Origin: an uncultured bacterium
GTDB lineage: Bacteria > Actinomycetota > Thermoleophilia > Solirubrobacterales > 70-9
Direction: 5' to 3'
Length of the DNA stretch: 64,000 nucleotides
Assembly: GCA_963806865.1 (NCBI GenBank)
Contig: CAWDYV010000002.1
Coordinates: forward strand, 89,194 to 153,193
The position numbers and the translations under genes are program-made. Every line of letters begins with the position of its first letter. Position 1 is the first letter of the stretch. Below the pieces are notes generated by a model that searched no databases, was not told the origin of the DNA, and worked only from the letters and a program-made list of their open reading frames with translations. Shown piece after piece: positions 10,383 through 19,872 of the stretch.

Positions 10383-11213
10383 ATGCAGCCTCTGGCGCGA
10401 AAACATCTGCCTGCCGTCCTGGCTTTGCGAGCGGTGAGGCGTCGTTCCTCCCGGATCCTCCTCTACCACGGAGTGGGCGAGGCCGGCCGGCCGGAGGACG
10501 AGCACAATCTTGTCGTCGGAGCCGAGCGCTTTCAGCTTCAGCTGTCGCTGCTTGCCGCAGCGGGGTTTCGGTTCGTAACGGTCGCGGAGCTCGCCGCGGC
10601 GACGCCTGACGGCGGCTCTCCCCCAGCCGGGCTGATCTCGATCTCGTTCGACGACGGCATGGAAGACAACTACACCGTCGCGGCCCCGGTCATGGCTCAG
10701 ATGGGAATCACGGGCACGATCTACGTCTTGACTGGATCGATCGGCCAGGACAACCCATGGCTCTCCGGCGAGCGGATGATGACCAGCGCCGAACTCTCCT
10801 CTCTGGCCGGCGCCGGTCACGAGCTGGGCGCGCACACGGTCACACACCCGGACCTGAGCGCGCTCGACTACGAGAGCTGCCTGGCCGAGATGACCGCAAG
10901 CCGCGACGCGATCGCCGAGATCTCGGGGTCTACGCCCCAGACCTTCGCTTACCCGTTCGGCCACTACGGCGCCGCCGCAATCCGGGCGGCGAAGGCAGCG
11001 GGCTTCAAGGCTGCCGTGACCTGCATCAACAGGGGGAGCTGGGCTCCGCTCGAGATGAAGCGAACGCTGATCACCGGCCGTGACGAGATCGCCTCCTTCG
11101 TCGCCCGAGTGAGCGGGGTTTACGAGCCCCTCGTGCTGGGACGAGCCGGATCGGTTGCGCGGGGCGCCACCGCCCGGCTGAGGCGACGCACGCCCGCAGG
11201 GCCGGCCACGTGA
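10383..11213 (+). CDS. Polysaccharide deacetylase (NodB homology domain)
   Basis: Intact 276-aa ORF. ILLYHGV, ISISFDDGMEDNYTVAAPVM, HELGAHTVTHPDLSAL, FAYPFGHY are the NodB-type motifs. Confidence 0.8.
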   Translation: MQPLARKHLPAVLALRAVRRRSSRILLYHGVGEAGRPEDEHNLVVGAERFQLQLSLLAAAGFRFVTVAELAAATPDGGSPPAGLISISFDDGMEDNYTVAAPVMAQMGITGTIYVLTGSIGQDNPWLSGERMMTSAELSSLAGAGHELGAHTVTHPDLSALDYESCLAEMTASRDAIAEISGSTPQTFAYPFGHYGAAAIRAAKAAGFKAAVTCINRGSWAPLEMKRTLITGRDEIASFVARVSGVYEPLVLGRAGSVARGATARLRRRTPAGPAT

Positions 11214-12682
11214 GCGCGCCGGAAAGCGCATCGCAGCGAGCAGGGCGGAGGGCTGCCGGCAACACGGCGATGGTGATGGCCGCCGAGATCGTCGGGCGCC
11301 TCGCGTGGTTCGCGGTTTTCGCCGGACTCGGCCGCACGCAGGGGGAAGCGGCGGTCGGGATCTTTGTATTCGCCGCTGCGTTCGTCCAGATCGCGAGCCT
11401 CGCACTCGACCTCGGCCTCGACCGCTACCTGATCCGGATCGTCGCCAAGGACTGGGAGCGCCGGCACGAGTTGGCATCGGACGTCGCCGCGCTGAAGCTC
11501 GCCTTGTCGGCGCCGCTGGTGCTCGTTGTGCTCGCGCTTTCGGCCGTCCTCGGCTATGAGGGGACGACACAAATCGCGATGCTGATCCTCTCGATCGCGT
11601 TCATCCTGGAATCGCTCGGGCGGACCGTCTCCTCACTCCTGATAGCCAGGGAAAGCGGCCGGCCGATCGCAATCGCGGCGATGGCACAGCGATTGAGCGC
11701 GGCTGGGCTCGGCATCGTTCTCCTCGTCCTGGGGTACAGCGTCATCGCGGTCGCGCTTGCCTACGCGTTCGGCGCAATCGTTGGCCTGGCATTCAGCTGG
11801 GTGCTGATGGCGCGGACGATCGGCGTGCCTCGGTGGACCCCCGCGCGCTCGCGATTCAGCAGTGTCGCCGCCGCGAGCTTGCCGTTCGCGGCGGAGGACG
11901 TCTTCACGGTGCTCTTGTTCAAAGTGGACGCGGTCATCCTCGCGCTGCTCACCACGGAGGCCGCGGTCGGCATCTATGGAGCTGCCTACCGAGTGTTCGA
12001 GGCAACCCTGGTGATCCCGTACGCGCTGTTGCGAGCGTTCTCGGCGATGTACGTTTACCTGGAGCGGACGACCGAGCCGACCATCCAGGGCACGTTTTCG
12101 CGCTCGATCAAGCTTGCTCTGGCTGGGCTCCTACCGCTTTCGGTCAGCTTTGCCCTGCTTGCGGAGCCCTTGCTGGTTGCCGCGTTTGGCGAAGAATTCC
12201 GCGACGCGGCCGACCCCCTACGGCTCCTCGCCCCCGCCGTGGCGATGCTCGGGATTGTCTCGCTTTCGAATGCCGTGATCACGTCTCGGCGCGATCCGCG
12301 CATCGTCTTGTACATGACCGCCGCGATCACGGTATTGAACGTCGCGCTCAACCTCGTCCTGATCCCGCCGTATGAGGCGACCGGAGCCGCTGCGGCGATG
12401 CTGATCTCCGAGACTTTCTTCAGCATCGGCGCGCTTTCGATCGCGACCCGGACGGTGGGCGGCGTCAAGTGGGTGCGGATGCTCGCCGGTCCGCTGATAG
12501 CCGCCGCGGCGATGGCGGCGCTCATCGTCCCCCTCGCGGGTGTCCCGCTGATTGCCCTTGCGGCGGGGGCGCTCGCCTATTCGGGCGTGCTGTACGCGGT
12601 CGAGCGAGTGACGAGCCCGGCCGACGTCGAGTTCGCGCTCGGCCTTGTCCGGCGCGTCCTGCCAAAGAAGGCTCCGGCATGA
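11210..12682 (+). CDS. Oligosaccharide flippase (Wzx-like, MOP superfamily), copy 1
   Basis: Intact 490-aa polytopic ORF. N-terminal AAGNTAMVMAAEIVGRLAWFAVFAGLGR...LGLDRYLIRIVAKD is typical of polysaccharide-biosynthesis (Polysacc_synt) proteins. Paralogous to 25713..27204. Overlaps its neighbours by 4 nt on both sides. Confidence 0.8.
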   Translation: MSAPESASQRAGRRAAGNTAMVMAAEIVGRLAWFAVFAGLGRTQGEAAVGIFVFAAAFVQIASLALDLGLDRYLIRIVAKDWERRHELASDVAALKLALSAPLVLVVLALSAVLGYEGTTQIAMLILSIAFILESLGRTVSSLLIARESGRPIAIAAMAQRLSAAGLGIVLLVLGYSVIAVALAYAFGAIVGLAFSWVLMARTIGVPRWTPARSRFSSVAAASLPFAAEDVFTVLLFKVDAVILALLTTEAAVGIYGAAYRVFEATLVIPYALLRAFSAMYVYLERTTEPTIQGTFSRSIKLALAGLLPLSVSFALLAEPLLVAAFGEEFRDAADPLRLLAPAVAMLGIVSLSNAVITSRRDPRIVLYMTAAITVLNVALNLVLIPPYEATGAAAAMLISETFFSIGALSIATRTVGGVKWVRMLAGPLIAAAAMAALIVPLAGVPLIALAAGALAYSGVLYAVERVTSPADVEFALGLVRRVLPKKAPA

Positions 12683-13770
12683 GAGTCCTGGCCGTCTCGT
12701 CCTACGGGGGCCTCGGCGGCGGTGAGCTCGCCTTCTCCGTATTCCTCGCCGAGCGCCCGACCGACGTCGCTGCCGAGGTCCTGCTCGTAAGCGATGGGCC
12801 CCTGCGGGAGCGGCTCGAAGCCCAGGGGCTCAGCGTTCGCGCGACGAGCGGCTGTGAGGGCAGGCCGACCCCCCGCATGCTCATCTCGTTTCACCGCCAG
12901 CTCCAGCCGATCCTTAACTCAGGGGCGTTCGACGTGGTCTGGGCGGTCGGCCAGAAGGCGGCGCTCTTGGCGGCTCCTGCGTGCCGGCTTCAGCGGGTGC
13001 CGCTCGTCTGGCACAAGATCGACTTCTCATGGGACCGTCTCCTGGCGGTGCCGCTCGGCCTGGCCAGTTCGGGCGTCATCGCGGTGAGCGGCGCCGTCGC
13101 GGACACGCTCGGCCCGATGCGCTTTCGGCGCCCGGTGACGATCGCGGGGCCGCCGGTCGAGCTCGCGCGCAAGGTCTCGCCAAACCCGTCGGCACCTACC
13201 ATCGGCACGCTCGCTCGGCTCGTCCCCTACAAGGGGCATCACTTGATCATCGAGGCAGCGGCGCTCCTTCGAGACGATTTCCCCGATCTGCGCGTTCTCC
13301 TCGCGGGCGAGAGGTCCCCGGCCTATCCGGGCTATCCGGAGCGGCTCCGAGACCTTGCGGCGAGGCTGCGCTTGGCTGACGCACTCGATCTCCCCGGCTT
13401 TATGGCTGCGACCGAAGCGCTCGAGCAGCTCAGCGTGTACGTGAACGCGACCTATCGAGATGACGAAGGCTACGGCCTGGAAGGCCTCTCGGGCGCGATG
13501 CTGGAGGCAAGCGCCGCGGGGCTGCCCGTGGTCGCGACCTCGGGCGGCGGCACGGCCGAAGGAATACTTCCGGGGCGAAGCGGCAGCCTGGTGGACACGG
13601 CGAACGCTACGGCGCTCGCCGCTGCGATCGCCCCCTACCTAGCGGATCCTGAGCTCGCCCGGCTGGCCGGCTTGGAGGGCAAGCGCTTCGTCGCCGCCCG
13701 CTTCAGCCCGGAGGCGGTCGCCAGCCAGCTCTGGCTTGGTCTCAAGTCAGCGTCGCGGACCTCGTCGTAG
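12679..13770 (+). CDS. Glycosyltransferase family 4 (GT-B)
   Basis: Intact. The ATG at 12679 overlaps the upstream stop (ATGA). MRVLAVSSYGGLGGGE..., C-terminal EGYGLEGLSGAMLEASAAGLPVVATSGGGTAEGILPGRSGSLV (the E-x7-E region of GT4 enzymes). Confidence 0.8.
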   Translation: MRVLAVSSYGGLGGGELAFSVFLAERPTDVAAEVLLVSDGPLRERLEAQGLSVRATSGCEGRPTPRMLISFHRQLQPILNSGAFDVVWAVGQKAALLAAPACRLQRVPLVWHKIDFSWDRLLAVPLGLASSGVIAVSGAVADTLGPMRFRRPVTIAGPPVELARKVSPNPSAPTIGTLARLVPYKGHHLIIEAAALLRDDFPDLRVLLAGERSPAYPGYPERLRDLAARLRLADALDLPGFMAATEALEQLSVYVNATYRDDEGYGLEGLSGAMLEASAAGLPVVATSGGGTAEGILPGRSGSLVDTANATALAAAIAPYLADPELARLAGLEGKRFVAARFSPEAVASQLWLGLKSASRTSS

Positions 13771-14874
13771 AGCCCGGCTGTCTTTTCGACCATTCCCTCG
13801 ACCCGGAACATGCTTGCATGACGCTCCTTCGCAGCCGCTCCCATTTCCTCGCGCAGGCCTGGATCCAGAAGCAGCTTGGAGACTGCCGCGGATAGAGCTT
13901 GAGAGTTCTCGGGGGGAAAGAGCAGACCCGTCTTGCCGTCGAGCAGAGCCTCGCCGGTTCCACCGACGTTCGACGCGACTTGCGGAACCCCACAGGCCAT
14001 TGCCTCCAGGATCGCGATGGGCAATGCCTCCCACAAGGAGCTGAGGACGAGCACGTCGATAGAGCCGAGCTGGCGCGAAGATGGTTGGCGAAACGGGAAG
14101 AATCCGAACCGATCGCCCAAGCCCTTCTCGAGGGCGCGCTGGCGAAGCTCACCTTCCAGCTCACCGTTTCCGATCACCGCAAGGACGGCTTCGGGACACT
14201 GCTCGAGAATCGCCTTAGCCGCGTCGACGAACACGTGAACGGCCTTCTGCTCGCGAAGCGCGCAGAGCGTGGCCGCCATCGGGCGACCCGCCCGGAATTC
14301 CTCGAGATCTCAAGTCCAGGTCCACGGCGGTTTCGGGCTGCGGGCAGGCGTTGTGGATCACGCGGAGGCGCTCCGGAGGCACGATGTCGTAGTCGATCGC
14401 GATCTCCCGCTCGTCTTCGGCCGCGCACAAGAGGACGTCCGTGACGTCACCGGAAAACCTTTCGATCGTTGCCGATGTCCACGTGTGCAAGCGCGAGTAC
14501 GGCGCCACGAACGGGAAGCATTGAGGGCTGTAGATCTCACGCGCGGGGACGCTCCGGGCGGCTAGGCGGGCGAGGAAGCCGGCCTTCGCATTGTGGGAGT
14601 GCACCAGGTCCAAGTGCTCACGGCGCATGATCAAGATCAGCTGGCGCAGGGCGGTGAGGTCAGCGTTCGGGTGGGAAAACCCCGTTCTGAACGGCAGCCG
14701 CGCCAATGGCACCCCGGCGGCTCGCAGGTCGTCGTAGATCACTGACTCGCGCGGCCCGACCACGAACGGCTGCCAGCCGTGCTCAGGGAGGCCCAAGGCG
14801 AGGAGCCTGACGTTCTCGGCGACGCCGCCGTCAGGTGGATCGAAGACAAGCAGCACGCGTCCCACGAGCGGCAC
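13635..14874 (-). CDS. Glycosyltransferase family 4 (one frame break near 14.29 kb)
   Basis: N-terminal half in ORF 14215..14874 (VLLVFDPPDGGVAENV...DLVHSHNAKAGFLARL). C-terminal half in ORF 13635..14279 (VLSSLWEALPIAILEAMACGVPQVASNVGGTGEALLDGKTGLLF). The 3' end overlaps the convergent GT4 gene and may be shorter. Confidence 0.75.
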
Positions 14875-14942
14875 AGCCTAATCAGTTGCAGGGCCGGCGC
14901 TACCTATGCGTCCGGACGCGAGGCGGCTGTACTCTCACGCTC

Positions 14943-16367
14943 ATGACGGCCTTTCGGGACAGGGCGTGGGGGCTGCCGCCAGAACTCGCCGTAGCGACCC
15001 TGCTGGCCGGAATGGCCGCGTTCGCCGTCGTCCTCACCTACTCGGCGTACGCCCTCGGACCGGCGCTGATACCGGCCGCGCTAGTCGGGCTCGCGGTCGT
15101 AGCAATCGCGCTGAGCCAACCTGTCGCGGGTATCTGCCTGGCGTTCTTGGCGGCGCCGCTCGAGATCTTCGCGCTCCCACTCCCTACTGGCTCCCTCTCT
15201 GCCTCCGAGGGGATCTTTGCCGTCGTCGGCCTCGGCTACCTGGCCCGCCTCCTCTTTCGCCCCGAGACGGTTTCAAAGCCGTCCGTCTCCGACATCCCTT
15301 ATGCGATCCTTCTGGCCGCGATCGCCGTTGGGATCGGCATCGCGTCGGACCCTGTCCCCGTGATCAGAATCCTCGTGTTGTGGTCTCTCTTCTACCTCGT
15401 CTACCTACAGGTCCAGTCCTTCAGCGACACCCAGATCCGCCGCGTGTTGTGGAGCCTCGCAATCGGAGGCGCGGTGCTCGGCGCGATCGGCGCCTACCAG
15501 TTCGTCACGTCGGGCGGAGGCGGGCTTTATGCGGGTGGAGCGGGGACTAACGTCCGTGCGACTGGCACCTTCGGCGAGGCCCTCGGGGACAGCAACTACT
15601 TTGCCTCGTTTCTCCAGCTCGCGGCGCTACCTGCGATCGCCCTCCTAATCGCGCGCCCTCGGGAGAACGTGGTCTTGGTCCCGCTGGTTGCGATCGCAGT
15701 GACCGGGCTGGCCTTTTCGCTCTCTCGGGGCGGAATGCTCGGATTCGGAGCAGGAGTACTGCTGCTCCTGCTCTGGGGGCGGGCGCGTTGGATGGCGGGA
15801 GGCGTCGCCGCCCTGGTCGCCATCCTCACGATCGCCGGCGCCAATCCGCTGGTCGCATCGAGCTCGTTCGAGACCGTCGAGCAGCGTCTCACCACGATCG
15901 GAGACGTCTCTCAAAGCTCGTTGAATACCCGGCCCGAGCTGTTCGAAGGCGCACTCGAGATGACCATCGATCACCCGGTCACCGGGGTGGGCCTCAACCA
16001 GTTTCAGGAATACGCGGCGCGGCAAGGACTCACCGAGCGCGGGTTGCCCCACGAAACCGCGCACAACGTCTATCTGAGCCTTTCGGCGGAGACCGGCCTG
16101 ATCGGCCTCGGAGCCTTTCTTTTCTTTCTCGTGTTTCTGGGGCAACGCGGAGTCGCAGCCCTACGCCACCGCGCTCCGATGGCGCGAGCGGCCGCGTTCG
16201 GTTGCGCCGCGTCCCTCTTCGGATTCGCAATCCAGGGCATGACGGTGAGTCTCAACCGCAACAACCTCCTCTGGGCGACATTCCTGGTCCTCGCTGGAAT
16301 CCTGGTCGCCCTGAGCAACCGCCCGATCGAGACGGACGAGGCGGTCGAGACATCGCCCCTGACCTGA
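14943..16367 (+). CDS. O-antigen ligase/polymerase-like membrane protein (Wzy_C domain)
   Basis: Intact polytopic ORF. ...AFSLSRGGMLGFGAGVLLLLLW... and the periplasmic loop ...GVGLNQFQEYAA...HETAHNVYLSLSAETG are typical of the O-antigen ligase family. ATG 14943 chosen as start; the ORF is open from 14835. Confidence 0.7.
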   Translation: MTAFRDRAWGLPPELAVATLLAGMAAFAVVLTYSAYALGPALIPAALVGLAVVAIALSQPVAGICLAFLAAPLEIFALPLPTGSLSASEGIFAVVGLGYLARLLFRPETVSKPSVSDIPYAILLAAIAVGIGIASDPVPVIRILVLWSLFYLVYLQVQSFSDTQIRRVLWSLAIGGAVLGAIGAYQFVTSGGGGLYAGGAGTNVRATGTFGEALGDSNYFASFLQLAALPAIALLIARPRENVVLVPLVAIAVTGLAFSLSRGGMLGFGAGVLLLLLWGRARWMAGGVAALVAILTIAGANPLVASSSFETVEQRLTTIGDVSQSSLNTRPELFEGALEMTIDHPVTGVGLNQFQEYAARQGLTERGLPHETAHNVYLSLSAETGLIGLGAFLFFLVFLGQRGVAALRHRAPMARAAAFGCAASLFGFAIQGMTVSLNRNNLLWATFLVLAGILVALSNRPIETDEAVETSPLT

Positions 16368-16377
16368 TAGATCTGGT

Positions 16378-17175
16378 TCAGCGAAACAGGTTGCGGACTC
16401 GCTCCCCGATCCGTGGGGGCTTCGCCTCAAAGGGCGGGGCGGCCGGAACCGCGGCGCTCCCCAGCAACGCGCTCGGGACCGACTCGGTCATCCAGGCCGC
16501 AAGGACCTGCGAGCCGGGAAGCGAGCGCTCGCACGCCGACAAGCCCGAGCTCAGGCCGGGCGGTCGTCGCTTCAGATCGTGGCTGTCCGACGAAACGTTG
16601 TGCACCAGCCCCTGCCGTAGCAACTCCAGGGCCGAGCGCATCGGGCTGCCTCCGAACACGCCCGCGATCGAGCCCGCGGTCACCGAGCACATCACGCCCC
16701 CCGCGACCAGATCGCGGATGACATCGGGCTTGCGTGCGAACATCGGTGACCGCTCGGGATGGGCCAAGAGGATCCGGAATCCTCGGGACGTGACTCCGAA
16801 CAGGACCTCGTCGAAGAACGGGACGCTCTCGAGGTAGGGGCTCTCGACCAGGAGCGTGCTGCTCCCGCCAAGCCCGTAGCCGGTCAGCGCGTCCTCGTCG
16901 AGAGTGCCGAGCTCTGCGATTCCGACCTCCGCGCCCGGTGAGACGACCACCGCTATCCCCTCGGCGGCCAGCGCGTCGTTCAGTGCCTTGACTCGTTCGA
17001 GGATTTCGGCCGGCGACGGCATGTAGCGACCGTTCACGTGAGGGGTCGCGACCATCACCGAGACGCCATCTTCTACGGCCCGGCGGGCCATCTCGATGCT
17101 CGTCTCGAGGTCCGGCGAACCGTCGTCGAGCCCGGGAAGAATGTGGCTGTGGAGATCGATCATCGCCCCGCGCAA
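16378..17175 (-). CDS. CpsB/YwqE-type PHP-domain protein-tyrosine phosphatase
   Basis: Intact. MIDLHSHILPGLDDGSPDLETSIEMAR...VMVATPHV...LLAHPER...VSSDSHD are hallmark metal-binding motifs. Alternative start at 17163. Confidence 0.8.
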   Translation of the reverse strand: MRGAMIDLHSHILPGLDDGSPDLETSIEMARRAVEDGVSVMVATPHVNGRYMPSPAEILERVKALNDALAAEGIAVVVSPGAEVGIAELGTLDEDALTGYGLGGSSTLLVESPYLESVPFFDEVLFGVTSRGFRILLAHPERSPMFARKPDVIRDLVAGGVMCSVTAGSIAGVFGGSPMRSALELLRQGLVHNVSSDSHDLKRRPPGLSSGLSACERSLPGSQVLAAWMTESVPSALLGSAAVPAAPPFEAKPPRIGERVRNLFR

Positions 17176-17218
17176 GGCTAGTCTCAGCCGCCCCGAAGGC
17201 GCAGGGGGCTCCCTGTAA

Positions 17219-18628
17219 TTGGCGTATTATCGCCGCGTGCGCGACGCTACGGCCGTTCAAGTAATCAACCGCCACCGCTGGCTCATCCTCGCAACTTTCG
17301 CGATCTTCGTGGTCGTGACAGCGGTCTACTCGAAGAGCCTCGAGAAGATCTACGCGACCGAAGCGGCGCTGCTCGTCTCCGTACCAGCGGAGGAGGCGTC
17401 CTTCGACACCGTCCAGGCCTCACAATCGCTGGCGCGCTCCTACGGGGAGATCGCACAGAGCCGCAACCTCGCCGAACGGGTCGCGGTGGAGCTGGACGAC
17501 GGGACGGACGCGAGCGACCTCTTGGACGCGACCAGCGTCGAGCCCGTCTCAGAAACTCAGCTCTTGGAGATCAGCGCCGAGGATCCCAATCCCGAGCGAG
17601 CGCAGCTCATCGCCAACACGTACGCGCGCGTCTTCGTCGAGTACACGGAGGGACCGATCTCGGCCTCCACCCGTGCCAACGTGACGCTGGCCGACCCGGC
17701 TCCGCTGCCAACATCGCCCGCCCGCCCCAAGCCGACTGTTTACACGCTCATCGCCGGTCTTTTGGGCCTGGCCCTGGGTCTCGGGCTTGCGTTCGTTCGC
17801 GAGCAACTCGATACCCGGATCCGGAGCATGGACGAAATCGAGGAGCGATTCAGCCGGACGGTGCTGGCCCGCGTCCCCACGCGAGGCCGCTCCGAAAACT
17901 CGATGCAGGCCTTTACCGAGGCGTTCCGGATCTTGCGAACCAACCTTCAGTTCGTTCGCGTCGACGCGGGCAGCTTGAGGTCGATCGCGATCACCAGTGG
18001 GCGCGAGGGAGAGGGCAAGACCACGACGACCGCGCAGCTCGCGCTCGCCGCGGCCGAGGTCCGAATGAAGGTGATCGTCGTCGAGGGTGATCTCCGTAAG
18101 CCAACCCTGCAGACCTCACTGATGGACGGCTCGGATCAGGCACTTTGGCCCGGCCTCAGCAACTACCTGGTCGAGACGGCGGACCTCGACGACGTGATCC
18201 ACCAGTCTGGGCATCCCAACCTCTCGGTGGTGCCCGCGGGCCCGCCGCCGCCAAACCCGTCGAACCTCCTCGAGGTGCCACGCGGGGCCAAGCTCGTCAG
18301 AGGGCTCTTGGAACGCGCTGATCTGGTGATCGTGGATACGCCGCCGATCAGCGCCGGAGCTGATGCAGCGATCATGGCGACCTGGGTAGACGGGGTAGTC
18401 GTGGTCGCGGACCTCGCTCAGTCGACTCATAAGGGCGTTGCCGATGCGCTCAAGCAGCTCGATGCCGTGAACGCCGTCACACTGGGCCTGGTGCTCAACC
18501 GCGACAAGGGCGTGGCCGGCACAAGCTATGGCTACTACGGACAGGCGGAGCCTGATCCGCAGCTCAACGGCAGCCCTTCCTCGCCGGTTGAGTCGCTCGT
18601 CGCGCCGGGTTCGAAGACCGACGACTGA
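17219..18628 (+). CDS. Polysaccharide co-polymerase / BY-kinase fusion (Wzz domain plus CpsD/CapB-type tyrosine kinase)
   Basis: Intact 469-aa ORF. Two TM segments flank a Wzz-like loop. Walker A ITSGREGEGKTTTTAQLA, A' VIVVEGDLRKP, Walker B LVIVDTPP. The C-terminal SYGYYGQ Tyr cluster is short. Confidence 0.85.
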   Translation: MAYYRRVRDATAVQVINRHRWLILATFAIFVVVTAVYSKSLEKIYATEAALLVSVPAEEASFDTVQASQSLARSYGEIAQSRNLAERVAVELDDGTDASDLLDATSVEPVSETQLLEISAEDPNPERAQLIANTYARVFVEYTEGPISASTRANVTLADPAPLPTSPARPKPTVYTLIAGLLGLALGLGLAFVREQLDTRIRSMDEIEERFSRTVLARVPTRGRSENSMQAFTEAFRILRTNLQFVRVDAGSLRSIAITSGREGEGKTTTTAQLALAAAEVRMKVIVVEGDLRKPTLQTSLMDGSDQALWPGLSNYLVETADLDDVIHQSGHPNLSVVPAGPPPPNPSNLLEVPRGAKLVRGLLERADLVIVDTPPISAGADAAIMATWVDGVVVVADLAQSTHKGVADALKQLDAVNAVTLGLVLNRDKGVAGTSYGYYGQAEPDPQLNGSPSSPVESLVAPGSKTDD

Positions 18629-18638
18629 CCAGGTTCGC

Positions 18639-19761
18639 TTGGCCCGGGTAGTCCTAGCCCTTCGCGCCGACAAGGGCGGCGCCTTCAATCACGTCGTTCA
18701 GATCTCAGACGCGCTCGTGGCGCGGGGACACGAGGTCTTCCTGGCGGGGCCGCACGCAGCCAAGCAAGAGGAGATCGCGGCCACCGTCGTCCCGCTGGAG
18801 ATCGCGCGTAGCATCTCGCCCGTCGGTGACCTGAAAGCCATTGGGTCCTTCGGCAAGCTCGTCCGCAAGCTTCGGCCCGACATCGTCCATGCCCACGGCT
18901 CGAAGGCAGGCGTGGTGGCGCGTGTCGCTCGCCTCGCGACTCCGCGCACACCGGTTGTCTTCACGCCCAACCTGTACGCGTTCGACAATCACTTCGCTCG
19001 CCCGGGAGAGCGCCGCGCCTACCGCGCGATCGAGCGTGTGCTCGCCCCTGCCGCTTCACGCGTGATCGGTGCGTGTGAGAACGAGCGCCGCCTGGCGGCC
19101 CAGGTCGGCCCTGCCAGCCGAACCCGGACCGTGCACAACGGCGTCGATGCGATTTCCCTCGCCAACGTCCACCCAAAGGTGGCGGAGCTATCCGAGCAGG
19201 GGCCCGTGATAGTCACCGTCGCCGAGCTTCGGGAGTCGAAGGGAGTCGTGACCTTGATCGAGGCCATGAATCAGGTCCAGGCGAAGATGCCCGAAGCACG
19301 CCTTGCGATCGCAGGAGACGGCGCCGACCGGGCGCGGGTCGAACGACGTGTGCGCGATCTGGGCCTGTCGGACAAAGTGTTCTTGTTGGGGGCGACCCAG
19401 GGAGCGGACGCCGTGCTCGCGGGGGCTGACGTGTTCGTCAACGCGGCCTACGCAGAGGGGTTTCCTTACACCGTCATCGAGGCGATGTCGGCCTCGCTGC
19501 CCATTGTGGCCACGGATGTCGGGGGTACCCGTGAGGCCATCAAAGATGGCGAGACTGGTTTCCTGGCAAAGGCCGGCGACCCCGAGTCGTTGGCCCGCCC
19601 GATCCTGAGGGTCTCTAGGGGATCGGGAGCTGGCAAAGCGCATCGGGAACGCAGCAGCCAAAGCCCATGCGGAGCGCTTTACGAGGGAGTTGATGATCAG
19701 TGGCGTCCTCGCCGTCTACGCGGAGCTGGCTCCCGGCTTTGCCGAGCCCTCGTCCGCCTGA
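18639..19761 (+). CDS. Glycosyltransferase family 4 (one frame break near 19.61 kb)
   Basis: VVLALRADKGGAFNHVVQISDAL..., DIVHAHGSKAG, VNAAYAEGFPYTVIEAMSASLPIVATDVGGTREAIKDGETGFL. The tail GDRELAKRIGNAAAKAHAERF...-stop (TGA 19759-19761) is in another frame, with the break at a G-run. The start codon is uncertain (TTG 18639). Confidence 0.75.
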
Positions 19762-19872
19762 AGCGGGCAAACGCTGAGAAACCCTGCGCATCTTCAAAGC
19801 GCGGGATCCAACATCCGTCCAGAACGCTAATGGACGTCTGTCCGAACCAGGGCGGCTTTCTTCGCAGATCGC

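Noticed and set aside
10221-11570. 449-aa ORF on the minus strand spanning the deacetylase and flippase genes
   Set aside because: The composition is dominated by Arg/Pro/Ser/Gly with no motifs. It lies antisense to two intact, motif-bearing plus-strand genes. This is a typical spurious open frame in GC-rich DNA.
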